Notes under the pieces: model-generated
Seen by the model: only the letters and a program-made list of their open reading frames with translations
Told to the model about the DNA's origin: nothing
Database searches by the model: none
Part shown: piece by piece, positions 1 to 7,914 of the stretch
Numbering within the stretch: the first letter of the stretch is position 1
Layout of the letters: every line of letters starts with the position of its first letter
Origin: a virus
Taxonomy: Duplodnaviria; Caudoviricetes
IMG/VR virus record: IMGVR_UViG_3300012971_000031
Location: 1-43,552 of that record
Reading direction: 5' to 3' (one strand)
Length of the DNA: 43,552 bases
Position numbers and translations under genes: made by a program

Positions 1-58
1 CGTTCGTTCGTTCGTTCGTTCGTTCGTTCGTTCGTTCGTTCGTTCGTTCGTTCGTTCG
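1..58. repeat. (CGTT)14 microsatellite at the window start
   Basis: Perfect tetranucleotide array read directly. Confidence 0.97.
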
Positions 59-364
59 GATGGATACCAAACACGTCAGTTCGTAACATACATGTCCGTG
101 AAGACTTTTGACAGGTTTCGACACGACTTTTTGCAAAGGTGCTGAAACACTAACGACCTGGGTGACCTGTTTGCATGTGCCCGTCCGTTGTGACATGACA
201 TGACACATGGTACGCTTTGCGCAACTTGACTACCTATCGATAGCAGCAGCTTCTCGTCGTCGCCCGTCGGCCTAGGACTGACTGACATAGACTACGAAAC
301 TGTGTGCGTGCATGCACGTAGCCAGGTTAGCAGGTTAATAACAGCACCGTAGAATAAAAGCCGT

Positions 365-562
365 ATGGCGTCGGCCCCGGCCCCGGCCTCGACCTCGACT
401 TCGGCTTTTTCTAAAACCAAGTGCAAAACCTGCGGCCATCCAGAGTGGACTCATATAAGAGGCGATCGATGCGATGCCATTTTAACAAAAAGAGTTTGGA
501 CCGAAGGTACGACGATTCACACTGAGACCGGGGGTAATTGTAGCTGTCAAAAGTTCAGCTAG
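365..562 (+). CDS. Small Cys/His metal-binding protein
   Basis: CKTCGHxxxxH...C...CSCQKF; TTAATAA about 25-30 nt upstream. Confidence 0.65.
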   Translation: MASAPAPASTSTSAFSKTKCKTCGHPEWTHIRGDRCDAILTKRVWTEGTTIHTETGGNCSCQKFS

Positions 563-604
563 TTAGTCCGCTTAACTGACTTACTGCGAGATACTGCTGC
601 TAGC

Positions 605-985
605 ATGTTCGAAAAGCTTAAGGCCTTCTTTACTCGCCAAACACCAAAGCCGCGCCTAGCTTCCCGTAGCCCAAAGTGGTCGGAGCTTCGTTCAATGTGG
701 CTAGGTCAGCAACCGGTTTGTCAAGCCTGCGGGACTGAGAAAAACCTACAGGTACATCACATTGTTCCAGTCCATATCGACCCATCAAAGGAGTTAGATC
801 CGGGCAACCTCATAACTTTGTGCGAGCTGGTAAGACATGATTGTCACTTTCACCTAGGCCACTTGTTGAACTGGAAAGCGTACAATCCTACTGTCGTTGA
901 GGACTCTAAAAATTTCAAGACGGCTGTAGAAAACCGACCATATTCGCAAGATACAGCCCCAGAAGAAGAGAGTAAAACTAATTAA
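605..985 (+). CDS. HNH endonuclease (HK97 gp74-like, possibly packaging-associated)
   Basis: W..LR...QPVCQACG...VHHIVP...DPGNLITLC...CHFHLGH. Confidence 0.88.
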   Translation: MFEKLKAFFTRQTPKPRLASRSPKWSELRSMWLGQQPVCQACGTEKNLQVHHIVPVHIDPSKELDPGNLITLCELVRHDCHFHLGHLLNWKAYNPTVVEDSKNFKTAVENRPYSQDTAPEEESKTN

Positions 986-1206
986 CGTCAGGGCTGAAAG
1001 TAGTACAAGCCGCACGATAACCGGCGTGGTATCATCATGATGCTCAGTCAGTCACTTCAGTCATTAAGCGGGAAAAAAAGAGTGTTTTCAGAGCTCCTGC
1101 ATACTCAAGCACTCTTAGGGCAAAACTAAGTAACTAACAACCAGTCAAGCCCGTCTCACTTCTACAACCCGCTTAACGCGAAGCAGCTGTCTCGCTCAGA
1201 CCTGCC

Positions 1207-1253
1207 GGGCCGTCCGTGCGGCCCAGCTTCTCCGGTTTTTCTTTTTAATTTTT
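1207..1253 (+). terminator. GC hairpin followed by a T-rich tract
   Basis: GGGCCG-tccgtg-CGGCCC (1207-1224), then TTTTTCTTTTTAATTTTT. Confidence 0.5.
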
Positions 1254-1369
1254 AGCTAACTTTTGTTACTTTTGCCTTAAGAGGTAAATAAATGGCTGTA
1301 ACTAAATAAGCCTTTGTCCGTTGGCTTAGTTCGCTTACCCTTGCAACGTCGAAAGTCAGCGTTATAATA

Positions 1370-2602
1370 ATGTCACAGCAGACAGGCCGAAGGATTCAAA
1401 CCAGACGAACGACAGAGCCCGGCGAACCAGTCTCCGACGAAAAGTGGCAAGTTCTCGCAGATACCGGCCCCATTGCCTTGACGCCGCCAGCGGATCAGCA
1501 GCCACAAGCTAAGATAGTAACTCCAAGTGATACGGTAGCCGTAAATCAAACCGTTTCAATGGATGGGAGTCAATCAACCGGCAGTGGTCAGCTAACCTAC
1601 AGCTGGACGCAGCCTCGAGGTACAACTGTAACACTAAATCCCAGTGCAGCTCATCAGGTCGTTAGTTTCACTGCTCCTCTTAACACGAATCAGGGAGTGC
1701 CTATCGATCATACGTTAGGCTTTCAGTTAACTGTTAAAGATGCATCGTCAGGCAAGACCGCAAGCACCACGCAGGATGTTAAGGTTTCGGCAGGTAACCA
1801 GACCGGGCCACCATCACAGCCACAGCAACCACCGCCCCCAGACTTGCAACCACCGCAAGAGCCGCCAGAACCAAGCCAAGATCCCACAACTAGTAGTAAG
1901 CCGACTCCTATCTTGTTCACTGCCGATGTAATAAACCATAGCACCAAAATAAGCAACGAAGAGCTGCAAAAGATCTGCGACTCTGTCAAGAAGCAGATGG
2001 ATCAGGATCTCTCGGCTTACTGGTCGTACTCGGCTTCCTTCAACTTTGGCCCTCCAGTTCAGGGAAACGTCAAGCTAGGAATATTCGACTCAGCTGACGA
2101 ACCCGGCGACTTTGGCTGGCATTCTGCTACAGGCGATCAGGTAACCATCGAAGTTTTTTACGTTGGCACTTACGAGGACCTGTGCATAACCATCAGTCAT
2201 GAGATGGTGGAGACTATAGCAGACTATGATGCAAAGACTATCGTCGACGGCTTTGACGAGCACGGCAAGCCAGTAAAGGCTTACCTCGAGATTGCAGACC
2301 CAGTCGAGTCCGACAGCTACTCTGTAGATAACATCAAAGTCAGCAACTTTGCGACTCCCACGTGGTTTGGTATGCCCCCTCATGGTGGAACTCCCGACCG
2401 CACACGGACGGACTTTATGCAGATAACTACAAGACCCTGGGACATTGCCAAAGGCGGCTACATGCAGTATAGTTACGACAACGGGCAAACGTGGCAGGAC
2501 GTTCACGACCGTATAGCTTTCGATGCACTATCTGGCTCTAGAAAAGCCAAGCGAGCAAAAAGGCTTGAAGAGGCAGAGGCAGAGGCTAAAAAACTAGCTT
2601 GA
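1370..2602 (+). CDS. Putative virion protein: N-terminal tag + PKD/K319L-like Ig domain + Pro linker + HExxE metallopeptidase-like domain
   Basis: VSMDGSQS..QLTYSWTQ..FTAP..FQLTVKD (PKD); GWH...ISHEMVETIAD...EIADPVE...VSNFATPTWF. Confidence 0.7.
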   Translation: MSQQTGRRIQTRRTTEPGEPVSDEKWQVLADTGPIALTPPADQQPQAKIVTPSDTVAVNQTVSMDGSQSTGSGQLTYSWTQPRGTTVTLNPSAAHQVVSFTAPLNTNQGVPIDHTLGFQLTVKDASSGKTASTTQDVKVSAGNQTGPPSQPQQPPPPDLQPPQEPPEPSQDPTTSSKPTPILFTADVINHSTKISNEELQKICDSVKKQMDQDLSAYWSYSASFNFGPPVQGNVKLGIFDSADEPGDFGWHSATGDQVTIEVFYVGTYEDLCITISHEMVETIADYDAKTIVDGFDEHGKPVKAYLEIADPVESDSYSVDNIKVSNFATPTWFGMPPHGGTPDRTRTDFMQITTRPWDIAKGGYMQYSYDNGQTWQDVHDRIAFDALSGSRKAKRAKRLEEAEAEAKKLA

Positions 2603-2847
2603 CCAGTTATGGGCCAGAGCCAGTCGTCTGTCTCATACACAACGGAGTCTCTCCTTATGACGGAGGTTATGCTTATTGCAGGCCTTGCTCCACGTACGTC
2701 AACAAGTCTGATCCTCGTGAGGTCAGAGCTTCAAAGGGGCGTGGCGCTCTGGTCCATGTCGAGTGCGGTAGGCTCGTAGCAACAAAGGCTCGAAACAGCA
2801 AGTTTAGGCCGTCTAGGCTTGATAGGCATAAAATTGTGCGGTACTAA
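2599..2847 (+). CDS. Zinc-finger protein (paralog of 2878..3081)
   Basis: YDGGYAYCRPC...LVHVECG. Confidence 0.65.
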   Translation: MTSYGPEPVVCLIHNGVSPYDGGYAYCRPCSTYVNKSDPREVRASKGRGALVHVECGRLVATKARNSKFRPSRLDRHKIVRY

Positions 2848-2848
2848 C

Positions 2849-2868
2849 CTGTCTGTCTGTCTGTCTGT
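2849..2868. repeat. (CTGT)5 intergenic microsatellite
   Basis: Directly read after the stop codon. Confidence 0.85.
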
Positions 2869-2877
2869 GACTAACGT

Positions 2878-3081
2878 ATGAATGGGGCCTGCCACAGTCG
2901 CAAGTACGAGGAGGGATATCGCTTGTGCTCAAGGTGCGCCAAGTGGGTGCATATCTCTGACAAAAAGCACACCAAGCGCTCAAGGAATGGCACGCTGCTG
3001 CACGAATGCGGCCTGCCGTTAAGAAGCAGTCCTCTGCACAACTCTGAGTGGCACGTCCGTAACGGCAGCAAAAGGCTTTAA
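2878..3081 (+). CDS. Zinc-finger protein (paralog of 2599..2847)
   Basis: YEEGYRLCSRC...LLHECG. Confidence 0.65.
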   Translation: MNGACHSRKYEEGYRLCSRCAKWVHISDKKHTKRSRNGTLLHECGLPLRSSPLHNSEWHVRNGSKRL

Positions 3082-3091
3082 ACCGCGCTTT

Positions 3092-3565
3092 TTGAGAAAG
3101 TTCATGAAAGTTTTACTAGTTGCGGTGGCGCTAGCGTTATTCCTAACCTTTGCGCTGCCAACCCAAGCACAAACACACGCGGCCCTCTCTATTCTAAAGT
3201 TCACGGCACCAAAGGGCACGCTATCGGCAGGCTCTCCCGTCACAGTCACTGGTACATCGATGCAACCAAACGCGACAAAGACAAACTGTAACGTGCAGTT
3301 CCAGACTAACCAAGCCGGTTATCTGCCCGTTACGCCGCAGGGCCCACCGACTGGCAAATATGAAAACTGGACTGCCACGAGCGCACCGCTGCAACACGGC
3401 CTAAACATTTTGGAGGCGCAGCTGCAATGTTTTGCACCGGGCCACTTAAATGGACCGCCCAACTTGCTAAAGCACTTGGTTCATAATGTGACGGCTCTGT
3501 CGTCTGCCTCAGCCTCAGCTCCTTCCGCTTCACCGTCAACGGTTCCAACACTACCCCCGAAGTGA
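3092..3565 (+). CDS. Secreted Ig-like protein
   Basis: Signal peptide (KVLLVAVALALFLTFALPTQA); VTVTGTS..C..GKYENW..LQHGLN..C. Confidence 0.7.
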   Translation: MRKFMKVLLVAVALALFLTFALPTQAQTHAALSILKFTAPKGTLSAGSPVTVTGTSMQPNATKTNCNVQFQTNQAGYLPVTPQGPPTGKYENWTATSAPLQHGLNILEAQLQCFAPGHLNGPPNLLKHLVHNVTALSSASASAPSASPSTVPTLPPK

Positions 3566-3574
3566 TGGCGTTCG

Positions 3575-3772
3575 ATGAGCGAGACCAGGGCCGAGCAGAT
3601 AGCCCGATACAAGGTTAGCAACAAACTCCGACGCGACGCCATAGGTACTCTGAGACACACCGGACCCATTCAGCTTAGCGATGGTTCGACGATCTCGGCC
3701 GAAACCTTAGAGAAAGAATACTGGGCGAACTTTAAGCGACAGCAGGAGTACATCGGTTGGGATGGCTTGTGA
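3575..3772 (+). CDS. Hypothetical protein
   Basis: ATG ORF, tightly packed in the operon. Confidence 0.55.
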   Translation: MSETRAEQIARYKVSNKLRRDAIGTLRHTGPIQLSDGSTISAETLEKEYWANFKRQQEYIGWDGL

Positions 3773-3969
3773 GAGCTTCGAACGACAAGAGCAAGAGCAG
3801 AAACATCCGTTACTATCTAAATGGTTCCTACATGGGTACTGTAGACGATATACAAGCTAGCTCAATAATATCTAGGGCACACAAGGAAGCCTCGATAATC
3901 ATGCACGACTTTCCAGACGACAGGAATAGTCCCGAGAGCATCCATGTGCAAACGAAAAGACTGACGTAG
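3757..3969 (+). CDS. Hypothetical protein (start may be GTG at 3769)
   Basis: GTGA overlap with the previous stop. Confidence 0.5.
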   Translation: MGWLVRASNDKSKSRNIRYYLNGSYMGTVDDIQASSIISRAHKEASIIMHDFPDDRNSPESIHVQTKRLT

Positions 3970-4019
3970 TCAGTCAGTCAGTTAGTTCCTACGAATACAC
4001 AAACTAAGTTACAGCAACA

Positions 4020-4838
4020 TTGAAAGTTCTAGCAACATCTGTCATAGCAGCAGTTGCCCTCGTTTTGATTTTCGGCGGCATAGCCATGACAGCTACAACA
4101 TACAGCTTCGCAGCTACAAAATCGGCAGCACCAGTTAAACACAAGGCGACCAGCAGTCAAGTTCAGACAGTTGAGAACGCGTCTCAGGTCGTAGTTTCAA
4201 ACGGCGTTCAGACTTACATTATTAACGTGCAAGGAAAGCCTGGGCCACCCGGGGAGCCTGGTAAGCAAGGTGAACCTGGGCCGCAAGGCCAGCAAGGGAT
4301 CCAAGGGGAGAAAGGGGATATCGGGCCAGTTGGAGCTACCGGGCCAGCCGGAGCGCAAGGTGAACCAGGGCCACCCGGGCCAGCAGGCAAGTCGATAATC
4401 TGTATCGCGTCTCAAGGCTCGCACACATGTACGTCGGGCAACGAGACCACAACTGGCAACGTCACTCAACCAACACCAACACCAACCCCTCCAGCACCTA
4501 ACGCAACCCAACCAACTCCGCCGACAAATGCCACCACAACAACACCACCACCATCTAACGAAACAAAACCAGCGCCTCCAAGTAACGCAACAAGTCCAAG
4601 CACAAACGCAACTCAACCTAGTCCTCCAACAAATGCTACAACGCCATCATCTAACGCAACACAGCCAGCACCTCCAACTCCAGCAGCAGGTAACGCAACC
4701 CATCCGACTAACGCAACCTCAAGCACAAACAGTAGCTCAACATCACCAACCCCAACAAATAGCACAGGTGGAAACGCGACTCTAGGTCATAAAGCGCCTC
4801 ACGTAACCGTAAACACAAAAGTCAAAGCTAAGAAATAA
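4020..4838 (+). CDS. Secreted or membrane-anchored collagen-like protein with a mucin-like Pro/Thr/Asn stalk
   Basis: N-terminal hydrophobic segment; about 17 Gly-X-Y triplets; at least 14 N-x-T/S sequons in the P/T-rich region. Confidence 0.8.
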   Translation: MKVLATSVIAAVALVLIFGGIAMTATTYSFAATKSAAPVKHKATSSQVQTVENASQVVVSNGVQTYIINVQGKPGPPGEPGKQGEPGPQGQQGIQGEKGDIGPVGATGPAGAQGEPGPPGPAGKSIICIASQGSHTCTSGNETTTGNVTQPTPTPTPPAPNATQPTPPTNATTTTPPPSNETKPAPPSNATSPSTNATQPSPPTNATTPSSNATQPAPPTPAAGNATHPTNATSSTNSSSTSPTPTNSTGGNATLGHKAPHVTVNTKVKAKK

Positions 4839-4870
4839 GCCAACCAACCAACCAACCAACTCTTTTTTTC
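4839..4870 (+). terminator. (CCAA)n run then an oligo-T terminator
   Basis: gccaaccaaccaaccaaccaac-tctttttttc after the stop. Confidence 0.5.
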
Positions 4871-5006
4871 TTAAACCTTAAGAACAAGTTCTAAAGTTTT
4901 AAGAACCAGTTGTTAACTTATCGTGACACTGTTATTAACTTCGTCTCAAATCTTTAGATTCTAAAGTTTTAAGAACGCCTCTGTCTCAAGTTCTTAGAAT
5001 CTAAAG
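4868..5006. promoter_or_regulatory. Array of imperfect palindromes TTCT(T/A)AA-N-TTAAGAAC
   Basis: Copies at 4868, 4888 and 4958; related copy at 4990; perfect CTTTAGA-T-TCTAAAG at 4952-4966. Confidence 0.6.
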
Positions 5007-5049
5007 GACAGCTTTAAGTACAAGTGCTTACTTGCTTGGACCTTAAGCC

Positions 5050-5057
5050 TTTAATAT
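5050..5057 (+). promoter_or_regulatory. Archaeal TATA box for the 5079/MCO operon
   Basis: TTTAATAT starting 29 nt before ATG 5079. Confidence 0.55.
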
Positions 5058-5078
5058 TATGCTAAAGGCAACAGACAA

Positions 5079-5477
5079 ATGAGACTCACCTTTGGGGCTC
5101 TTGCTGTTGTGTTAGTGCTTAGCGTGGTCTTGCTGGGCGTAAGTTATGCCTTTGCCCAGACCATACCCATGATACCGCCTCCTACTTCTGCTAACCAAAC
5201 AAGCAGCGGCAAGCAAGCTCATCTATTTGGTTCGACAACCACTTACAACGTCAACGTCGTTTGCTCTAATGGTCAAACTGTGCACAAAAGTCAGACCGTG
5301 CAAGCGCACACACAACCCGCACCAACGATAAATGTTAACTGCAGCACTGGCGGCGCCAGCTCGAACGGCACAGTGGCAACAGGACAGCCAGCAGTTATCT
5401 GTATAGTCACACCTGAAAACAGCTGTGCGTCAGTCATTGCGGCACTAACCGCCGCTCCAGCTACTACCACAAAGTAG
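5079..5477 (+). CDS. Secreted protein, partly similar to 4020..4838
   Basis: Signal peptide ending SYAFA; VVCSNG and GQPAVICI..C resemble VVVSNG and GKSIICI..C. Confidence 0.65.
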   Translation: MRLTFGALAVVLVLSVVLLGVSYAFAQTIPMIPPPTSANQTSSGKQAHLFGSTTTYNVNVVCSNGQTVHKSQTVQAHTQPAPTINVNCSTGGASSNGTVATGQPAVICIVTPENSCASVIAALTAAPATTTK

Positions 5478-5496
5478 CCCTTTTCTTTTCTTTCCT

Positions 5497-6780
5497 ATGT
5501 TATTCGCAAGCGCCGTCGCCTTGCTCTTTACGGCGGCGGTCATAGCTAGCCTGATCCTTGTTTCTCCGCTAGCCTATGCGCAGACCGTTTTTCCACCGGC
5601 CTCACCGGCGACGTCTTCACCGGTAAGTAACGAGACCCAAATCCAGCAGCAGATACAGCACTTATCAAACCAGCTTGCTTTCATAAAGCTGCAAAAGATA
5701 AGAGCCGAGCAAGCCAAGACGCTATTATTATACAAACCAGTGTTAGAACGTGACAGGGCAAACAGGTGCTCACAGGACCAGCACACGCCCACCGACTTTA
5801 GAACCTACCTCGTGCACTTTGCCTGCGGTCACGTCAGCGTTTTCAGTAATGGAACTGTGTTACGCAAGTTCTTGCTTGTGACTAACGACTACGGCGGAGC
5901 AGGTGCACCTTTAGCCATCTCTAAAAATACAAGCGACCCTCTTATCTATCACGTCTGGACGTTCAACTCCTCCGTCCCGGGTCCAACCTTGAGGATGACG
6001 GAAGGCGATCACGTTGAGATAACCGTGTACAACTCACAGCAGTCCAAGTTTGCGCACTCTTTTCACATGCATAGCATCCACTCTGGAGCCGCTGACGGTG
6101 TAATGGGCACCGGTCCAGGCGGCAGTATTGCCCCGGGCCATTCGTACACGTACAAGTTTGTGGCACAGCCATTCGGAGTCTATCCTTATCACTGTCATAT
6201 GATGCCAATCGAAGAGCACATCTCCAGGGGTCTGTACGGCATGATGATAATCGATCCCAAGCAGCCAAGGCCGCCAGCTGCCGAGATGGTCATGATGTTA
6301 AACTCTTACAGCTACAGCTATCAAGGACTTAACGGCTCAGAGCACCTGCCACAAACCAACTTGGCTACCATGCAGCAGCTTCGAGACAACATATCGCAGG
6401 TAGAAGCGCTCTCGGACGAGGGTAACGGACCTGACAACCAGGCTTACTCAGTCAACGGCATGCCGTTTGGCTACACGGGCAACGATTCGATACCCTTAAC
6501 CGTTGGCGTGCCTTACCGCATTTACTTGGTAAACATGGTAGAGTTTGATCCGATCAATAACTTCCACATGCACGGCAACCTGTTCATGTATACTCCTAGC
6601 TGCACCGCGAACTCCTCAAAGATATATACAGACATAGTCTCGTTGATGCAAGGCGACAGAGGGTGTCTAGACTTTCACTACCTGTATCCTGGTCTGTTCA
6701 TGTTTCACTCGCACTTGGCACACTTTTCAGACCTTGGCTGGACGGGCTTTTTCAACGTAACGAGGTCGTCCCACTCATAA
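5497..6780 (+). CDS. Secreted two-domain multicopper oxidase (AOA MCO-like)
   Basis: Signal peptide; WTFNSSVPGPTLR, HSFHMH, YHCH...HISRGLYG, NNFHMHG, MFHSH..HFSDLGW. Confidence 0.92.
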   Translation: MLFASAVALLFTAAVIASLILVSPLAYAQTVFPPASPATSSPVSNETQIQQQIQHLSNQLAFIKLQKIRAEQAKTLLLYKPVLERDRANRCSQDQHTPTDFRTYLVHFACGHVSVFSNGTVLRKFLLVTNDYGGAGAPLAISKNTSDPLIYHVWTFNSSVPGPTLRMTEGDHVEITVYNSQQSKFAHSFHMHSIHSGAADGVMGTGPGGSIAPGHSYTYKFVAQPFGVYPYHCHMMPIEEHISRGLYGMMIIDPKQPRPPAAEMVMMLNSYSYSYQGLNGSEHLPQTNLATMQQLRDNISQVEALSDEGNGPDNQAYSVNGMPFGYTGNDSIPLTVGVPYRIYLVNMVEFDPINNFHMHGNLFMYTPSCTANSSKIYTDIVSLMQGDRGCLDFHYLYPGLFMFHSHLAHFSDLGWTGFFNVTRSSHS

Positions 6781-7043
6781 TGACGCCGACGGTACAGCCC
6801 AAGCGTTGCAGCGCTTGTGGGCGGGCAATAATGCATACCGACACAAACAAGGCTACGGTTTGGTTCTCACCGCAAAGAGGAGCGTCAAGGGTTCAGTACG
6901 AGCTTTGCTATCGTCATGGTCCAGACCTCAACACTCTAGTTATATGCATGATAGAGCGCAGGCCGTTCACGTATGATCCGCACGCGGACCATAGACAAGA
7001 CCGAGATCATAGGGATACCCAACATAACCGACCAACCTCGTAG
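6780..7043 (+). CDS. Small Cys-rich protein (true start ATG 6780)
   Basis: TAATG overlap with the MCO stop; RCSACG...LCYRH. Confidence 0.55.
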   Translation: MTPTVQPKRCSACGRAIMHTDTNKATVWFSPQRGASRVQYELCYRHGPDLNTLVICMIERRPFTYDPHADHRQDRDHRDTQHNRPTS

Positions 7044-7075
7044 CTAGCAAGTAGCTCTGCCGCAGCTTCTAGCTA

Positions 7076-7504
7076 GTGTCATCATCATCGTCATCATCAG
7101 CAGCAGAATCTAGAAAGTACAGAGGTTATTTCGATACCACTTATGACCGCAGTACTCCAGTCGCCGAGTACCTGCGAGACAGGCAAAAGGTAAACGTAGC
7201 TTACTTTCCAGATCAGATCCCACCTCCGGCAGAAGCATGTAAGTACTGCCATGAGCAGCTGATATCGGTGGACAATGGGCTAAACCTTCTGTGTCAGTCT
7301 TGCGGCCTTAGGACACCCACAAGCAAGGCTAAGCAGCAAAAAAGGCTCGTGCAGAAACATGGGACTGTAACGGGCTCTGGCCCATCGTCCACACCCATCG
7401 TAATATCGCAGCAGGAAACCGACCTTCGAAAGAGACAGCCAGGCTCGGGAATCTCAGAGGAGTTAAGGGAAGAGTTAGAAGACAAGGGGTACCATCCAGA
7501 ATGA
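7076..7504 (+). CDS. Zinc-ribbon protein
   Basis: CKYC...LCQSCG. Confidence 0.7.
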   Translation: MSSSSSSSAAESRKYRGYFDTTYDRSTPVAEYLRDRQKVNVAYFPDQIPPPAEACKYCHEQLISVDNGLNLLCQSCGLRTPTSKAKQQKRLVQKHGTVTGSGPSSTPIVISQQETDLRKRQPGSGISEELREELEDKGYHPE

Positions 7505-7514
7505 ATGAGGCAAG

Positions 7515-7739
7515 ATGACCGAACAAAAACTAAAAGCAAGCCTGGACGTCGCGGAAATAGCCGTCTCTTGTCACTTTTGTCAAAGACGAATAAGGAGTGT
7601 GTTTGTAGACAAGCACGGTCCAGTCTCCGACAACTGGTATGCTCTGTGCGGCCGCTGTTATGATAAGGCTCAGGGCGCTATCACGTTAGTAAAGCGGTTA
7701 CGACAAATAACTAGCGAAGAGCTAGAGCCCTGCCCGTGA
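7515..7739 (+). CDS. Zinc-finger protein
   Basis: CHFC...LCGRC. Confidence 0.65.
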   Translation: MTEQKLKASLDVAEIAVSCHFCQRRIRSVFVDKHGPVSDNWYALCGRCYDKAQGAITLVKRLRQITSEELEPCP

Positions 7740-7855
7740 TCTGCTCTGAATGCAAGCATCCTTGCTCCATGATGTTCGAAAAAGAAAAGTTGCCATCTAT
7801 TCAGCGCTATCGCTGCAAGTTTTGCAACTGTAGCTGGTATGCTGGTGGTTGCTAG
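7736..7855 (+). CDS. 39-aa zinc-ribbon microprotein (not in ORF track)
   Basis: GTGA overlap; MICSECKHPC...YRCKFCNCSWYAGGC. Confidence 0.6.
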   Translation: MICSECKHPCSMMFEKEKLPSIQRYRCKFCNCSWYAGGC

Positions 7856-7872
7856 CTAGCTCTAGTTTAGTT

Positions 7873-7878
7873 TAGTTC
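7873..7878 (+). promoter_or_regulatory. TAGTTC element 42 nt before the portal start (representative copy)
   Basis: Same hexamer at 1327, 3983, 11127, 16134, 19475, 21765, 27803 and 38602 with similar spacing to starts. Confidence 0.6.
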
Positions 7879-7914
7879 TCACTTCGAGAGTACAGACATG
7901 AAACAACGTAAAAC

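Noticed and set aside
76-288. 70-aa minus-strand ORF
   Set aside because: Low-complexity repeat context, no motif or supporting promoter
986-1369. tRNA gene
   Set aside because: No cloverleaf with T-loop and acceptor stem found by eye
4868-5006. Mini-CRISPR array
   Set aside because: Repeats are only about 18 bp with irregular spacing (20, 70, 32 nt), no uniform spacers and no cas genes
5497-6780. nirK assignment
   Set aside because: Motifs fit a two-domain MCO with HxH pairs in both domains; NirK cannot be supported without phylogeny
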